Source: a virus. From it: a DNA stretch of 27,122 nucleotides. Every line of letters begins with the position of its first letter. The first letter of the stretch is position 1. Made by a program: the position numbers and the translations under genes. The notes under the pieces were generated by a model. That model was not told where the DNA came from. It saw only the letters and a list, made by a program, of their open reading frames with translations, and searched no databases. The stretch is taken from the IMG/VR virus record IMGVR_UViG_3300029858_000001, positions 1 through 27,122 of that record; one strand, written 5' to 3'. Positions 25,470 to 27,122 of this stretch are shown one piece after another.

Positions 25470-26531
25470 ATGGCTGAAATTATTAAGTTAAGACGTGGTA
25501 AATCAACCAGTTGGTCTAAAAAGAATATAGTTCTTGCAGCTGGTGAAATCGGCGTAGAACTTGATACACATTAGATTAAAGTCGGCGATGGTTCAACACC
25601 TTGGAATAAACTATCTTATGTAGGCGGAACTAAAGTTGTTAATGTTCAAGAATACACTGATAATCCAGCAGTTGTAGATGGCGTGCCTTATCAATCTATT
25701 GATGTAGCATTTATGAAGGCTCCAGCAGGAAGTACAATTCGTCTTAATACCAACTTTGATAACAGCGTTTCTATTGATAAAGCATTGACTATTGAATTAA
25801 ATGGTAATGATATTATCAACAATGAAAAAACTCCAATAGATATCAAAGCAAATGGCGATCTAACTATTAAGGGCCAAGGCACTATTGAATGTAATAAGAA
25901 TGAAAATGCCGCAGTTTTTAATAATGGTAATATTACTATTAATAATGGTAAATTACAACGTACTACTGATGTATCAGGCAATGGCTATTATACTGCTGTT
26001 AATCATGGCATTATGACAATTAATGGTGGCATGTTTATGAGTGGTGGCGAGTTTTCTAGTATGATTGAAAATGGCTATTGGGATTATCACGCTGGTAATG
26101 CTACTAATGGTTATGTTCAAGGTCAAAATGCTGAAATGCCTACATTAACTATTAATGATGGTACATTCGCTGGCGGCTTATATGCTATAAAAAATGATGA
26201 TAATGCTGTTTTAAATATTAATGGCGGCACATTCTATAATACTATTCTTGCTAATGGTAAGTCAATGACTATTACTAATGGATATTTTGAAAATAGTAAA
26301 CCAAGCCAAGGGGAATATAATTTTTATCTTCGTAAATTAAGTGAAGATATAAATCCTCAAAATACATACATTAGTGGCGGTACATTTATTACTGCACAAG
26401 ATAAGAATTTCAAGGTTGAGGGTGACCCTCATATTGAAATTAGTGGTGGTCGTTTTAATAGAGAATTAGATCCTTCTTATTTAGCTCCTGGCTATAGACA
26501 AGTACTTGTCAATGGCTTCTATACTGTCTAG
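25470..26531 (+). CDS. tail fiber / receptor-binding protein with a conserved N-terminal domain and a beta-helix-like NGG repeat body (1 TAG at 25572)
   Basis: The N-terminus IKLRRGKSTSWSKKNIVLAAGEIGVELDTH(TAG)IKVGDGSTPWNKLSYVGG parallels the next gene. It has repeats NGGTFYN and NGGMFMSGG. The frame is continuous into track ORF 25683-26531. Confidence 0.6.
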
Positions 26532-26546
26532 AAGGAGGAATAATCT

Positions 26547-27062
26547 ATGGGTGATATCATCAAGTTCAAAAGAGGTCGATCAACTACATGGCGCGAAAAG
26601 AACTTATTGCTTAAGGACGGCGAGCCTGGATTTGAATTAGACACTTATAAACTGAAAATTGGTGATGGTAAAACTTTATGGAATGATTTACCATATATTG
26701 GTGGCGAAAGTGGTATAATTGATCTTCCTGATAATGTAATGGAATTTTTAGGTACAGTTGATGCACTTCCAGCTACCGCTGAGGATGGAGAAATGTGTAT
26801 TTATAATGGTAAATTATATATTTATGATGGTAAATGGACAACTACAGAAACTTCTTCTTCAACACAAAATTCTTTCAATTCTTTAGTAGATGCAATTAAT
26901 TATATCACTTAGCATAATTGTGTTGGTCAAATTGTATCTATCTTTTAGAATAATAAATGGTTGCCTTATATTGTAGATGTAAATAATAATCTTGTACCTA
27001 TTCAATATGGAGAAGATAGTTATGATATTCTTAATGGTGGCAACGCAAATACTCTTAATTAA
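26547..27062 (+). CDS. second tail-fiber-like protein sharing the same N-terminal domain (2 TAG at 26910, 26946)
   Basis: The N-terminus IKFKRGRSTTWREKNLLLKDGEPGFELDTYKLKIGDGKTLWNDLPYIGG parallels the previous gene. The frame continues after TAG to TAA 27060. Confidence 0.55.
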
Positions 27063-27084
27063 TTTTATAGGAGGAAAATGATTT

Positions 27085-27122
27085 ATGGCTGATAAAATTC
27101 TTAATACTCGTATTCAAGTATT
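27085..27122 (+). CDS. start of next gene (truncated by the window end)
   Basis: AGGAGG lies 10 nt upstream of ATG 27085. Confidence 0.4.
   Translation, partial: MADKILNTRIQV

Overview
AT-rich (about 28-30% GC) phage-like segment, most likely from a large tRNA-rich (jumbo-phage-like) genome. All credible genes are on the + strand, with strong Shine-Dalgarno sites (AAGGAG/GGAGG), sigma70-like TTGACT-17-TATAAT promoters and rho-independent terminators. This points to an SD-using, Firmicutes-like host rather than Bacteroidetes. The window has three parts. (i) 1-12005 holds 'early'-type genes: a Pol-beta nucleotidyltransferase, a calcineurin-like phosphoesterase, an HslV/proteasome-like Ntn hydrolase, an M42-like peptidase-fold protein, a paralogous family with C-terminal multi-CxxC zinc-ribbon arrays, and a GC-rich foreign-looking gene. 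(ii) 12060-18680 is a tRNA/structured-RNA array that also contains nuclease genes. (iii) 18784-27122 holds 'late'-type genes: small tandem paralogs, a Cys-rich repetitive precursor-like protein, two radical-SAM/SPASM enzymes, two U32-family paralogs, and two receptor-binding tail-fiber-like proteins. The dominant feature is stop-codon recoding. TAG occurs in-frame dozens of times inside clearly homologous protein domains (HNH, radical-SAM CxxxCxxC, SPASM, tail-fiber N-domain), while TAA and TGA terminate genes. TAG is therefore a sense codon here; Gln, as in code 15, is an inference. TAG density is low in the early genes and high in the homing-endonuclease and late genes. The tRNA array is highly non-canonical. 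A tRNA-Gln(UUG) gene is split by a roughly 735-nt insertion that encodes a recoded HNH endonuclease. A tRNA-Asn(GUU) gene is split by a roughly 475-nt insertion that encodes a PD-(D/E)XK (I-Ssp6803I-like) endonuclease. An Ile-like tRNA carries a 73-nt tRNA-like insertion that has its own CCA. There is an apparently circularly permuted tRNA unit flanked by a long-range inverted repeat, plus several tRNA-like elements lacking a readable anticodon. I could not find a canonical CUA-anticodon suppressor tRNA in the window. Coordinates of recoded ORFs were checked by hand for frame continuity. Product calls rest on motifs I could read directly.
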